64,000 bases of DNA from Eledone cirrhosa (lineage: Eukaryota): contig OZ024747.1 in assembly GCA_964016885.1 (NCBI GenBank), positions 33,356,001 through 33,420,000 on the forward strand. Reading direction: 5' to 3'. The translations under genes were made by a program, and so were the position numbers. Shown one piece after another: positions 47,231-63,329 of this stretch; the first letter of the stretch is position 1, and each line of letters opens with the position of its first letter. A model generated the notes under the pieces. It was not told where the DNA came from. It made no database searches and saw only the letters and a list, made by a program, of their open reading frames with translations.

Positions 47231-50200
47231 ACCATAACAGAAATAACACTAGCAACGTTAACAACAATACATGTAACAACCATAACAGAAATAACACTCA
47301 CAACGGTAACAACAATACATGTAACAACCATAACAGAAATAACACTAGTAACGTTAACAACAATACATGTAACAACCATAACACAAATAACACTAACTAC
47401 GTTAACAACAATACCTGTAACGACCATAACAGAAATAACACTAACAACGTTAACAACAATACATGTAACAACCATAACAGAAATAACACTAGCAACGTTA
47501 ACAACAATACATGAAACAACCATAACAGAAATAACATTAGTAACATTAGCAACAATACATGTAACAACCTTAATAGAAATAACACTAGCAACGTTAACAA
47601 CAATACATGTAACAGCCATAACAGAAATAACACTAGCAACGTTAACAACAATACATGTAACAACCATAACAGAAATAACACTAGCAACGTTAACAACAAT
47701 ACACGTAACAACCATAACAGAAATAACACTAGTAACGTTAATAACAATACATGTAACAACGATAACAGAAATAACACTAGTAACGTTAGCAACAATACAT
47801 GTCACAACCATAACAGCAATAACACTAACAACGTTAACAACAACTATAACAGAAATAACACTCACAACGGTAACAACAATAAATGTAACAACCATAACAG
47901 AAATAACACTAGCAACGTTAACAACAATACATGTAACAACCATAACAGAAATAACACTAGCAACGTTAACAACAATACATGTAACAACCATAAATAGAAA
48001 TAACAGTAGCAACGTTAACAACAATACATGTAACAACCATAACAGAAAAAACACTAGTAACGTTAACAACAATACATGTAACAACGATAACAGAAATAAC
48101 ACTAACAACGTTAACAACAATACATGTAACAACCATAACAGAAATAACACTAACAACGTTAACAATAATACATGTAACAGCCATAACAGAAATAACTCTA
48201 ACAACGTTAACAACAATACATGTAACAACCATAACCGAAATAACACTAACATCGCTAACAACAACCATAACAGAAATAACACTCACAACGGTAACAACAA
48301 TACATGTAACAACCATAACAGAAATAACACTAACTACGTTAACAACAATACATGTAACGACCATAACAGAAATAACACTAACAACGTTAACAACAATATA
48401 TGTAACAACCATAACAGAAATAACACTAACAACGTTAACAACAATACATGTAACAACCATAACAGAATAACACTAGCAACGTTAACAACAATACAAGTAA
48501 CAACCATAACATAAATAACACTAGCAACGTTAACAACAATACATGTAACAACCATAACAGAAATAACACTAGTAACATTAGCAACAATACATGTAACAAC
48601 CTTAATAGAAATAACACTAGCAACGTTAACAACAATACATGTAACAACCATAACAGAAATAACACTAGCAACGTTAACAACAATACATGTAACAACCATA
48701 ACAGAAATAACATGGGCAACATTAACAACAATACATGTAACAACCATAACAGAAATAACACTAGTAACGTTAACAACAATACATGTAACAACGATAACAG
48801 AAATAACACTAGTAACGTTAGCAACAATACATGTCACAACCATAACAGAAATAACACTAACAACGTTAACAACAATACATGTAACAACCATAACGGAAAT
48901 AATACTAACACCGTTAACAACAACTATAACAGAACTAACACTCACAACGGTAACACCAACACGTGTAACAACCATAACAGAAATAACACTAACAACGTTA
49001 ACAACAATACATGTAACAACCATAACAGAAATAACACTAACAACGTTAACAACAATACATGTAACAACCATAACAGAAATAACACTAACAACGTTAACAA
49101 CAATACATGTAACAGCCATAACAGAAATAACTCTAACAACGTTAACAACAATACATGTAACAACCATAACAGAAATAACACTAACAACGTTAACAACAAC
49201 CATAACAGAAATAACACTCACAACGGTAACAACAATACATGTAACAACCATAACAGAAATAACACTAGTAACGTTAACAACAATAAATGTAACAACCATA
49301 ACAAAAATAACACTAACTACGTTAACAACAATACATGTAACAACCATAACAGAAATAACACTAACAACGTTAACAACAATACATGTAACAGCAATAACAG
49401 AAATAACACTAGCAACGTTAACAACAATACATGTAACAACCATAACAGAAATAAAACTAGTAACATTAGCAACAATACATGTAACAACCTTAATAGAAAT
49501 AACACTAGCAACGTTAACAACAATACATGTAACAACCATAACAGAAATAACACTAGCAACGTTAACAACAATACATGTAACAACCATAACAGAAATAACG
49601 CTAGCAACGTTAACAACAATACATGTAACAACCATAACAGAAATAACACTAACAACGTTAACAACAATACATGTAACAACCATAACAGAAATATCACTAA
49701 CAACGTTAACAACAAAACATGTAACAACTATAACAGAAATAACACTAACAACGATAACAACAATACATGTAACAACCATAACAGAAATAACACTAACAAC
49801 GTTAACAACAATACATACAACAACCATAACAGAAATAACATTAACTACGTTAACAACAATACATGTAACAACCATAACAGAAATAACACTAACAACATTA
49901 ACAACAATACATGTAACAACCATAACAGAAATATCACTAACAACGTTAACAACAATACATGTAACAGCCATAACAGAAATAACACTAACAACGTTAACAA
50001 CAATACATGTAACAACTTTAACAGAAATAACACTAACAACGTTAACAACAAGCATAACAGAAATAACACTCACAACGGTAACAACAATACATGTAACAAC
50101 CATAACAGAAATATCACTAACAACGTTAACAACAATACATGTAACAGCCATAACAGAAATAACACTAACAACGTTAACAACAATACATGTAACAACTTTA

Positions 50201-53200
50201 ACAGAAAAAACACTAACAACGTTAACAACAACCATAACAGAAATAACACTCACAACGGTAACAACAATACATGTAACAACCATAACAGAAATAACACTAA
50301 CAACGTTAACAACAATACATGTAACAACAATAACAGAAATAACACTAGTAACGTTAACAACAATACATGTAACAACCATAACAGAAATAACACTAACGAC
50401 GTTAACAACAATACATGTCACAACCATAACAGAAATAACACTAGTAACGTTAGCAACACTACATGTCACAACCATAACAGCAATAACACTAACAACGTTA
50501 ACAACAACTATAACAGAAATAACACTAGCAACGTTAAAAATAATACATGTAACAACCATAACATAAATAACACTAACAACGTTAACAACAATACATGTAA
50601 CAACCATAACAGAGATAACACTAGTGACGTTAACAACAATATATGTAACAACTATAAGTGAAATAACACTAACAACGGTAACAACAATACATGTAACAAC
50701 CATAACAGAAATAACACTAGTAACGTTAAAAACAATACATTTAACAACCATAACAGAAATAACACTAGCAACGTTAACAACAATACATGTAACAACCATA
50801 ACAGAAATAACGCTAGCAACGTTAACAACAATACATGTAACAACCATAACAGAAATAACACTAACAACGTTAACAACAATACATGTAACAACCATAACAG
50901 AAATATCACTAACAACGTTAACAACAATACATGTAACAACTATAACAGAAATAACACTAACAACGATAACAACAATACATGTAACAACCATAACAGAAAT
51001 AACACTAACAACGTTAACAACAATACATACAACAACCATAACAGAAATAACATTAACTACGTTAACAACAATACATGTAACAACCATAACAGAAATAACA
51101 CTAACAACATTAACAACAATACATGTAACAACCATAACAGAAATAACATTAACAACATTAACAACAATACATGTAACAACCATAACAGAAATAACACTAA
51201 CAACGTTAACAACAATACATGTAACAACCATAACATAAATAACACTAACAACGTTAACAACAATACATGCAACAGGCATAAGAGAAATAACACTAACAAC
51301 GTTAACAACAATACATGTAACAACTTTAACAGAAATAACACTAACAACGTTAACAACAACCAAAACAGAAATAACACTCACAACGGTAACAACAATACAT
51401 GTAACAACCATAACAGAAATATCACTAACAACGTTAACAACAATACATGTAACAGCCATAAGAGAAATAACACTAACAACGTTAACAACAATACATGTAA
51501 CAACTTTAACAGAAATAACACTAACAACGTTAACAACAACCATAACAGAAATAACACTCACAACGGTAACAACAATACATGTAACAACCATAACAGAAAT
51601 AACACTAGTAACGTTAACAACAATACATGTAACAACCATAACAGAAATAACACTAACAACGTTAAAACAATACATGTAACAACCATAACAGAAATAACAC
51701 TAGCAACGTTAACAACAATACATGTAACAACCATAACAGAAATAACACTCACAACGGTAACAACAATACATGTAACAACCATAACAGAAATAACACTAGT
51801 AACGTTAACAACAATACATGTAACAACCATAACACAAATAACACTAACTACGTTAACAACAATACCTGTAACGACCATAACAGAAATAACACTAACAACG
51901 TTAACAACAATACATGTAACAACCATAACAGAAATAACACTAGCAACGTTAACAACAATACATGAAACAACCATAACAGAAATAACATTAGTAACATTAG
52001 CAACAATACATGTAACAACCTTAATAGAAATAACACTAGCAACGTTAACAACAATACATGTAACAGCCATAACAGAAATAACACTAGCAACGTTAACAAC
52101 AATACATGTAACAACCATAACAGAAATAACACTAGCAACGTTAACAACAATACACGTAACAACCATAACAGAAATAACACTAGTAACGTTAATAACAATA
52201 CATGTAACAACGATAACAGAAATAACACTAGTAACGTTAGCAACAATACATGTCACAACCATAACAGCAATAACACTAACAACGTTAACAACAACTATAA
52301 CAGAAATAACACTCACAACGGTAACAACAATAAATGTAACAACCATAACAGAAATAACACTAGCAACGTTAACAACAATACATGTAACAACCATAACAGA
52401 AATAACACTAGCAACGTTAACAACAATACATGTAACAACCATAAATAGAAATAACAGTAGCAACGTTAACAACAATACATGTAACAACCATAACAGAAAT
52501 AACACTTGTAACGTTAACAACAATACATGTAACAACGATAACAGAAATAACACTAACAACGTTAACAACAATACATGTAACAACCATAACAGAAATAACA
52601 CTAACAACGTTAACAATAATACATGTAACAGCCATAACAGAAATAACTCTAACAACGTTAACAACAATACATGTAACAACCATAACCGAAATAACACTAA
52701 CATCGCTAACAACAACCATAACAGAAATAACACTCACAACGGTAACAACAATACATGTAACAACCATAACAGAAATAACACTAACTACGTTAACAACAAT
52801 ACATGTAACGACCATAACAGAAATAACACTAACAACGTTAACAACAATATATGTAACAACCATAACAGAAATAACACTAACAACGTTAACAACAATACAT
52901 GTAACAACCATAACAGAATAACACTAGCAACGTTAACAACAATACAAGTAACAACCATAACATAAATAACACTAGCAACGTTAACAACAATACATGTAAC
53001 AACCATAACAGAAATAACACTAGTAACATTAGCAACAATACATGTAACAACCTTAATAGAAATAACACTAGCAACGTTAACAACAATACATGTAACAACC
53101 ATAACAGAAATAACACTAGCAACGTTAACAACAATACATGTAACAACCATAACAGAAATAACATGGGCAACATTAACAACAATACATGTAACAACCATAA

Positions 53201-56200
53201 CAGAAATAACACTAGTAACGTTAACAACAATACATGTAACAACGATAACAGAAATAACACTAGTAACGTTAGCAACAATACATGTCACAACCATAACAGA
53301 AATAACACTAACAACGTTAACAACAATACATGTAACAACCATAACGGAAATAATACTAACACCGTTAACAACAACTATAACAGAACTAACACTCACAACG
53401 GTAACACCAACACGTGTAACAACCATAACAGAAATAACACTAACAACGTTAACAACAATACATGTAACAACCAAACAGAAATAACACTAACAACGTTAAC
53501 AACAATACATGTAACAACCATAACAGAAATAACACTAACAACGTTAACAACAATACATGTAACAGCCATAACAGAAATAACTCTAACAACGTTAACAACA
53601 ATACATGTAACAACCATAACAGAAATAACACTAACAACGTTAACAACAACCATAACAGAAATAACACTCACAACGGTAACAACAATACATGTAACAACCA
53701 TAACAGAAATAACACTAGTAACGTTAACAACAATACATGTAACAACCATAACAAAAATAACACTAACTACGTTAACAACAATACATGTAACAACCATAAC
53801 AGAAATAACACTAACAACGTTAACAACAATACATGTAACAGCAATAACAGAAATAACACTAGCAACGTTAACAACAATACATGTAACAACCATAACAGAA
53901 ATAAAACTAGTAACATTAGCAACAATACATGTAACAACCTTAATAGAAATAACACTAGCAACGTTAACAACAATACATGTAACAGCCATAACAGAAATAA
54001 CACTAGCAACGTTAACAACAATACATGTAACAACCATAACAGAAATAACACTAGCAACGTTAACAACAATACATGTAACAACCATAACAGAAATAACGCT
54101 AGCAACGTTAACAACAATACATGTAACAACCATAACAGAAATAACACTAACAACGTTAACAACAATACATGTAACAACCATAACAGAAATAACACTAACA
54201 ACGTTAACAACAAAACATGTAACAACTATAACAGAAATAACACTAACAACGATAACAACAATACATGTAACAACCATAACAGAAATAACACTAACAACGT
54301 TAACAACAATACATACAACAACCATAACAGAAATAACATTAACTACGTTAACAACAATACATGTAACAACCATAACAGAAATAACACTAACAACATTAAC
54401 AACAATACATGTAACAACCATAACAGAAATAACATTAACAACATTAACAACAATACATGTAACAACCATAACAGAAATAACACTAACAACGTTAACAACA
54501 ATACATGTAACAACCATAACATAAATAACACTAACAACGTTAACAACAATACATGCAACAGGCATAAGAGAAATAACACAAACAACGTTACCAACAATAC
54601 ATGTAACAACTTTAACAGAAATAACACTAACAACGTTAACAACAACCAAAACAGAAATAACACTCACAACGGTAACAACAATACATGTAACAACCATAAC
54701 AGAAATATCACTAACAACGTTAACAACAATACATGTAACAGCCATAACAGAAATAACACTAACAACGTTAACAACAATACATGTAACAACTTTAACAGAA
54801 ATAACACTAACAACGTTAACAACAACCATAACAGAAATAACACTCACAACGGTAACAACAATACATGTAACAACCATAACAGAAATAACACTAGTAACGT
54901 TAACAACAATACATGTAACAACCATAACAGAAATAACACTAACAACGTTAAAACAATACATGTAACAACCATAACAGAAATAACACTAGCAACGTTAACA
55001 ACAATACATGTAACAACCATAACAGAAATAACACTCACAACGGTAACAACAATACATGTAACAACCATAACAGAAATAACACTAGTAACGTTAACAACAA
55101 TACATGTAACAACCATAACAAAAATAACACTAACTACGTTAACAACAATACCTGTAACGACCATAACAGAAATAACACTAACAACGTTAACAACAATACA
55201 TGTAACAACCATAACAGAAATAACACTAGCAACGTTAACAACAATACATGAAACAACCATAACAGAAATAACATTAGTAACATTAGCAACAATACATGTA
55301 ACAACCTTAATAGAAATAACACTAGCAACGTTAACAACAATACATGTAACAGCCATAACAGAAATAACACTAGCAACGTTAACAACAATACATGTAACAA
55401 CCATAACAGAAATAACACTAGCAACGTTAACAACAATACACGTAACAACCATAACAGAAATAACACTAGTAACGTTAATAACAATACATGTAACAACGAT
55501 AACAGAAATAACACTAGTAACGTTAGCAACAATACATGTCACAACCATAACAGCAATAACACTAACAACGTTAACAACAACTATAACAGAGATAACACTC
55601 ACAACGGTAACAACAATAAATGTAACAACCATAACAGAAATAACACTAGCAACGTTAACAACAATACATGTAACAACCATAACAGAAATAACACTAGCAA
55701 CGTTAACAACAATACATGTAACAACCATAAATAGAAATAACAGTAGCAACGTTAACAACAATACATGTAACAACCATAACAGAAATAACACTAGTAACGT
55801 TAACAACAATACATGTAACAACGATAACAGAAATAACACTAACAACGTTAACAACAATACATGTAACAACCATAACAGAAATAACACTAACAACGTTAAC
55901 AATAATACATGTAACAGCCATAACAGAAATAACTCTAACAACGTTAACAACAATACATGTAACAACCATAACCGAAATAACACTAACATCGCTAACAACA
56001 ACCATAACAGAAATAACACTCACAACGGTAACAACAATACATGTAACAACCATAACAGAAATAACACTAACTACGTTAACAACAATACATGTAACGACCA
56101 TAACAGAAATAACACTAACAACGTTAACAACAATATATGTAACAACCATAACAGAAATAACACTAACAACGTTAACAACAATACATGTAACAACCATAAC

Positions 56201-57300
56201 AGAATAACACTAGCAACGTTAACAACAATACAAGTAACAACCATAACATAAATAACACTAGCAACGTTAACAACAATACATGTAACAACCATAACAGAAA
56301 TAACACTAGTAACATTAGCAACAATACATGTAACAACCTTAATAGAAATAACACTAGCAACGTTAACAACAATACATGTAACAACCATAACAGAAATAAC
56401 ACTAGCAACGTTAACAACAATACATGTAACAACCATAACAGAAATAACATGGGCAACATTAACAACAATACATGTAACAACCATAACAGAAATAACACTA
56501 GTAACGTTAACAACAATACATGTAACAACGATAACAGAAATAACACTAGTAACGTTAGCAACAATACATGTCACAACCATAACAGAAATAACACTAACAA
56601 CGTTAACAACAATACATGTAACAACCATAACGGAAATAATACTAACACCGTTAACAACAACTATAACAGAACTAACACTCACAACGGTAACACCAACACG
56701 TGTAACAACCATAACAGAAATAACACTAACAACGTTAACAACAATACATGTAACAACCATAACAGAAATAACACTAACAACGTTAACAACAATACATGTA
56801 ACAACCATAACAGAAATAACACTAACAACGTTAACAACAATACATGTAACAGCCATAACAGAAATAACTCTAACAACGTTAACAACAATACATGTAACAA
56901 CCATAACAGAAATAACACTAACAACGTTAACAACAACCATAACAGAAATAACACTCACAACGGTAACAACAATACATGTAACAACCATAACAGAAATAAC
57001 ACTAGTAACGTTAACAACAATACATGTAACAACCATAACAAAAATAACACTAACTACGTTAACAACAATACATGTAACAACCATAACAGAAATAACACTA
57101 ACAACGTTAACAACAATACATGTAACAGCAATAACAGAAATAACACTAGCAACGTTAACAACAATACATGTAACAACCATAACAGAAATAAAACTAGTAA
57201 CATTAGCAACAATACATGTAACAACCTTAATAGAAATAACACTAGCAACGTTAACAACAATACATGTAACAGCCATAACAGAAATAACACTAGCAACGTT
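45420..57300 (+). repeat. Tandem triplication of a chimeric ~3-4.5 kb block (offsets 4451 and 3286 bp)
   Basis: Near-identical ORF triplets lie at 47107/51558/54844 (391 aa), 47966/52417/55703 (164 aa) and 48712/53163/56449. Shared private variants are ATACCTGTAACG, AACATCGCTAAC and ATGGGCAACATT. Confidence 0.9.
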
Positions 57301-59299
57301 AACAACAATACATGTAACAACCATAACAGAAATAACACTAGTAACGTTAACAACAATACATGTAACAACGATAACAGAAATAACACTAGTAACGTTAGCA
57401 ACAATACATGTAACAACCATAACAGAAATAACACTAACGACGTTAACAATAATACATATAACCACCATAACAGAAATAACACTAACAACGTTAACAACAA
57501 TACATGTAACAACCATAACAGAAATAACACTAGTAACGTTAACAACAACACATGTAACAACAATAACAGAAATAACACTAGTAACGTTAACAATAATACA
57601 TGTAACAACCATAACAGAAATAACACTAACGACGTTAACAATAATACATATAACAACCATAACAGAAATCACACTAACAACGTTAACAACAACCATAACA
57701 GAAATAACACTAACAACGTTAACAACAACCATAACAGAAATAACACTAGCAACGTTAACAACAATACATGTAACAAACATAACAGAGATAACACTCACAA
57801 CGTTAAGAACAATACATGTAACAACCATAACAGAAATAACACTAGCAACGTTAACAACAATACATGTAACAACCATAACATAAATAACACTAACAACGTT
57901 AACAACAATACATGTAATTTACCATAACAGAGATAACACTAGTGACGTTAACAACAATATATGTAACAACTATAAGAGAAATAACACTAACAACGTTAAC
58001 AACAATACATGTAACAACCATAACAGAAATAACACTAGTAACGTTAACAACAATACATGTAACAACCATAACAGAAATAACACTAGTAACGTTAAAAACA
58101 ATACATTTAACAACCATAACAGAAATAACACTAGCAACGTTAACAACAATACATGTAACAACCATAACAGAAATAATGCTAGCAACGTTAACAACAATAC
58201 ATGTAACAACCATAACAGAAATAACACTAGCAACGTTAACTACAATACATGTAACAACTATAACAGAAATAACACTAGTAACGTTAGCAACGATACATGT
58301 CACAACCATAACAGAAATAACACGAGTAACGTTAACAACAACAATACATGTAACAACCATAACAGAAATAACATTAGCAACGTTAACAACAATACATGTA
58401 ACAACCATAACATAAATAACACTAACAACGTTAACAACAATACATGTAACAACCATAACAGAAATATCACTAACAACGTTAACAACAATACATGTAACAA
58501 CTATAACAGAAATAACACTAACAACGATAACAACAATACATGTAACAACCATAACAGAAATAACACTAACAACGTTAACAACAATACATGCAACAACCAT
58601 AACAGAAATAACATTAACTACGTTAACAACAATACATGTAACAACCATAACAGAAATAACACTAACAACGTTAACAACAATACATGTAACAACCATAACA
58701 GAAATAACACTAACAACGTTAACAACAATACATGCAACAGCCATAACAGAAATAACACTAACAAGGTTAACAACAATACATGTAACAACTTTAACAGAAA
58801 TAACACTAACAACGTTAACAACAACCAAAACAGAAATAACACTCACAACGTTAACAACAATACATGTAACAGCCATAACAGAAATAACATTAGCAACGTT
58901 AACAACAATACATGTAACAACCATAACATAAATAACACTAACAACGTTAACAACAATACATGTAACAACCATAACATAAATAACACTAACAACGTTAACA
59001 ACAATACATGTAACAACCATAACAGAAATAACACTAACAACGTTAACAACAATACATGTAACAACGATAACAGAAATAACACTAACTACGTTAACAACAA
59101 TACATGTAACGACCATAACAGAAATAACACTAACAACGTTAACAACAATACATGTAACAACCATAACAAAAATAACACTAGCAACGTTAACAACAATACA
59201 TGGAACAACCATAACAGAAATAACACTAGTAACATTAGCAACAATACATGTCACAACCATAACAGCAATAACACTAACAACGTTAACAACAACTATAAC

Positions 59300-62200
59300 A
59301 GAAATAACACTCACAACGGTAACAACAATACATGTAACAACCATAACAGAAATAACGGTAGCAACGTTAACAACAATACATGTAACAACCATAACAGAAA
59401 TAACACTAGTAACGTTAACAACAATACATGTAAGAACCATAACAGAAATAACACTAACAACGTTAACAATAATACATGTAACAGCCATAACAGAAATAAC
59501 TCTAACAACGTTAACAACAATACATGTAACAACCATAACCGAAATAACACTAACAACGTTAACAACAACCATAACAGAAATAACACTCACAACGGTAACA
59601 ACAATACATGTAACAACCATAACAGAAATAACACTAGTAACGTTAACAACAATACATGTAACAACCATAACAGAAATAACACTAACAACGTTAACAACAA
59701 TACATGTAACAACAATAACAGAAATAACACTAGTAACGTTAACAACAATACATGTAACAACCATAACAGAAATAACACTAACTACGTTAACAACAATACA
59801 TGTAACGACCATAACAGAAATAACACTAACAAGGTTAACAAAAATATATGTAACAACCATAACAGAAATAACACTAACAACGTTAACAACAATACATGTA
59901 ACAACCATAACAGAAATAACTCTAACAAAGTTAACAACAATACATGTAACAACCATAACCGAAATAACACTAAAAACGTTAACAACAACCATAACAGAAA
60001 TAACACTCACAACGGTAACAACAATACATGTAACAACCATAACAGAAATAACACTAACTACGTTAACAACAATACATGTAACGACCATAACAGAAATAAC
60101 ACTAACAACGTTAACAACAATATATGTAACAACCATAACAGAAATAACACTAACAACGTTAACAACAATACATGTAACAACCATAACAGAATAACACTAG
60201 CAACGTTAACAACAATACAAGTAACAACCATAACAGAAATAACACTAGCAACGTTAACAACAATACATGTAACAACCATAACAGAAATAACACTAGTAAC
60301 ATTAGCAACAATACATGTAACAACCTTAATAAAAATAACACTAGCAACGTTAACAACAATACATGTAACAACCATAACAGAAATAACACTAGCAACGTTA
60401 ACAACAATACATGTAACAACCATAACAGAAATAACATGGGCAACGTTAACAACAATACATGTAACAACCATAACAGAAATAACACTAGTAACGTTAACAA
60501 CAATACATGTAACAACGATAACAGAATTAACACTAGTAACGTTAGCATCAGTACATGTCACGACCATAACAGAAATAACACTAACAACGTTAACAACAAT
60601 ACATGTAACAACCATAACAGAAATAATACTAACACCGTTAACAACAACTATAACAGAACTAACACTCACAACGGTAACACCAACACGTGTAACAACCATA
60701 ACAGAAATAACACTAGTAACGTTAACAACAATACATGTAACAACTATAACAGAAATAACACTAACAACGTTAACAACAATACATGTAACAACAATAACAG
60801 AAATAACACTAGTAACGTTAACAACAATAAATGTAACAACCATAACAGAAATAACACGAGTAACGTTAACAACAATACATGTAACAACTATAACAGAAAT
60901 AACACTAGTAACGTTAGCAACGATACATGTCACAACCATAACAGAAATAACACGAGTAACGTTAACAACAATACATGTAACAACCATAACAGAAATAACA
61001 TTAGCAACGTTAACAACAATACATGTAACAACCATAACATAAATAACACTAACAACGTTAACAACAATACATGTAACAACCATAACAGAAATATCACTAA
61101 CAACGTTAACAACAATACATGTAACAACTATAACAGAAATAACACTAACAACGATAACAACAATACATGTAACAACCATAACAGAAATAACACTAACAAC
61201 GTTAACAACAATACATGCAACAACCATAACAGAAATAACATTACCTACGTTAACAACAATACATGTAACAACCATAACAGAAATAACACTAACAACGTTA
61301 ACAACAATACATGTAACAACCATAACAGAAATAACACTAACGACGTTAACAACAATACATATAACAACCATAACAGAAATAACACTAACAACGTTAACAA
61401 CAACTTTAACAGAAATAACACTTACAACGGTAACAACAATACATGTAACAACAATAACAGAAATAACACTAGTAACGTTAACAACAATACGTGTAACAAC
61501 CATAACAGAAATAACACTAACAACGTTAACAACAATACATGTAACAACCATAACAGAAATAACACTAACAACGTTAACAACAATACATGTAACAACCATA
61601 ACAGAAATAACACTAACAACGTTAACAACAATACATGTAACAACCATAACAGAAATAACATAACAACGTTAACAACAACACATGTAACAACCATAACAGA
61701 AATAACACTAACAACGTTAACAACAATACATGTAACAGCCATAACAGAAATAACACTAACAACGTTAACAACAATACATGTAACAACCATAACAGAAATA
61801 ACACTAGTAACGTTAACAACAACACATGTAACAACAATAACAGAAATAACACTAGTAACGTTAACAACAATACATGTAACAACCATAACAGAAATAACAC
61901 TAACGACGTTAACAACAATACATATAACAACCATAACAGAAATAACACTAACAACGTTAACAACAACCATAACAGAAATAACACTAACAACGTTAACAAC
62001 AACCATAACAGAAATAACACTAACAACGTTAACAACAATACATGTAACAAACATAACAGAAATAACACTCACAACGTTAAGAACAATACATGTAACAACC
62101 ATAACAGAAATAACACTAGCAACGTTAACAACAATACATGTAACAACCATAACATAAATAACACTAACAACGTTAACAACAATACATGTAATAACCATAA

Positions 62201-63100
62201 CAGAGATAACACTAGTGACGTTAACAACAATATATGTAACAACTATAAGAGAAATAACACTAACAACGTTAACAACAATACATGTAACAACCATAACAGA
62301 AATAACACTAGTAACGTTAAAAACAATACATTTAACAACCATAACAGAAATAACACTAGCAACGCAAACAACAATACATGTAACAACCATAACAGAAATA
62401 ACGCTAGCAACGTTAACAACAATACATGTAACAACCATAACAGAAATAACACTAGCAACGTTAACTACAATACATGTAACAACTATAACAGAAATAACAC
62501 TTGTAACGTTAGCAACGATACATGTCACAACCATAACAGAAATAACACGAGTAACGTTAACAACAATACATGTAACAACCATAACAGAAATAACATTAGC
62601 AACGTTAACAACAATACATGTAACAACCATAACATAAATAACACTAACAACGTTAACAACAATACATGTAACAACCATAACAGAAATATCACTAACAACG
62701 TTAACAACAATACATGTAACAACTATAACAGAAATAACACTAACAACGATAACAACAATACATGTAACAACCATAACAGAAATAACACTAACAACGTTAA
62801 CAACAATACATGCAACAACCATAACAGAAATAACATTAACTACGTTAACAACAATACATGTAACAACCATGACAGAAATAACACTAACAACGTTAACAAC
62901 AATACATGTAACAACCATAACAGAAATAACACTAACAACGTTAACAACAATACATGCAACAGCCATAACAGAAATAACACTAACAAGGTTAACAACAATA
63001 CATGTAACAACTTTAACAGAAATAACACTAACAACGTTAACAACAACCAAAACAGAAATAACACTCACAACGGTAACAACAATACATGTAACAACCATAA
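59300..63100 (+). repeat. Long-range, rearranged copy of about 30700-33800 (offsets 28580, 28724 and 29240 bp)
   Basis: Rare variants are shared by the two regions: AACGGTAGC (ACGGTA at 30775/59355), TAAGAACCAT 30851/59431 and GCATCAGTAC 31821/60545. ORF pairs are 30731/59311, 31712/60436, 32975/62215 and 33285/62525. Confidence 0.85.
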
Positions 63101-63329
63101 CAGAAATATCACTAACAACGTTAACAACAATACATGTAACAGCCATAACAGAAATAACACTAACAACGTTAACAACAATACATGTAACAACTTTAACAGA
63201 AATAACACTAACAACGTTAACAACAAGCATAACAGAAATAACACTCACAACGGTAACAACAATACATGTAACAACCATAACAGAAATATCACTAACAACG
63301 TTAACAACAATACATGTAATAACCATAAC

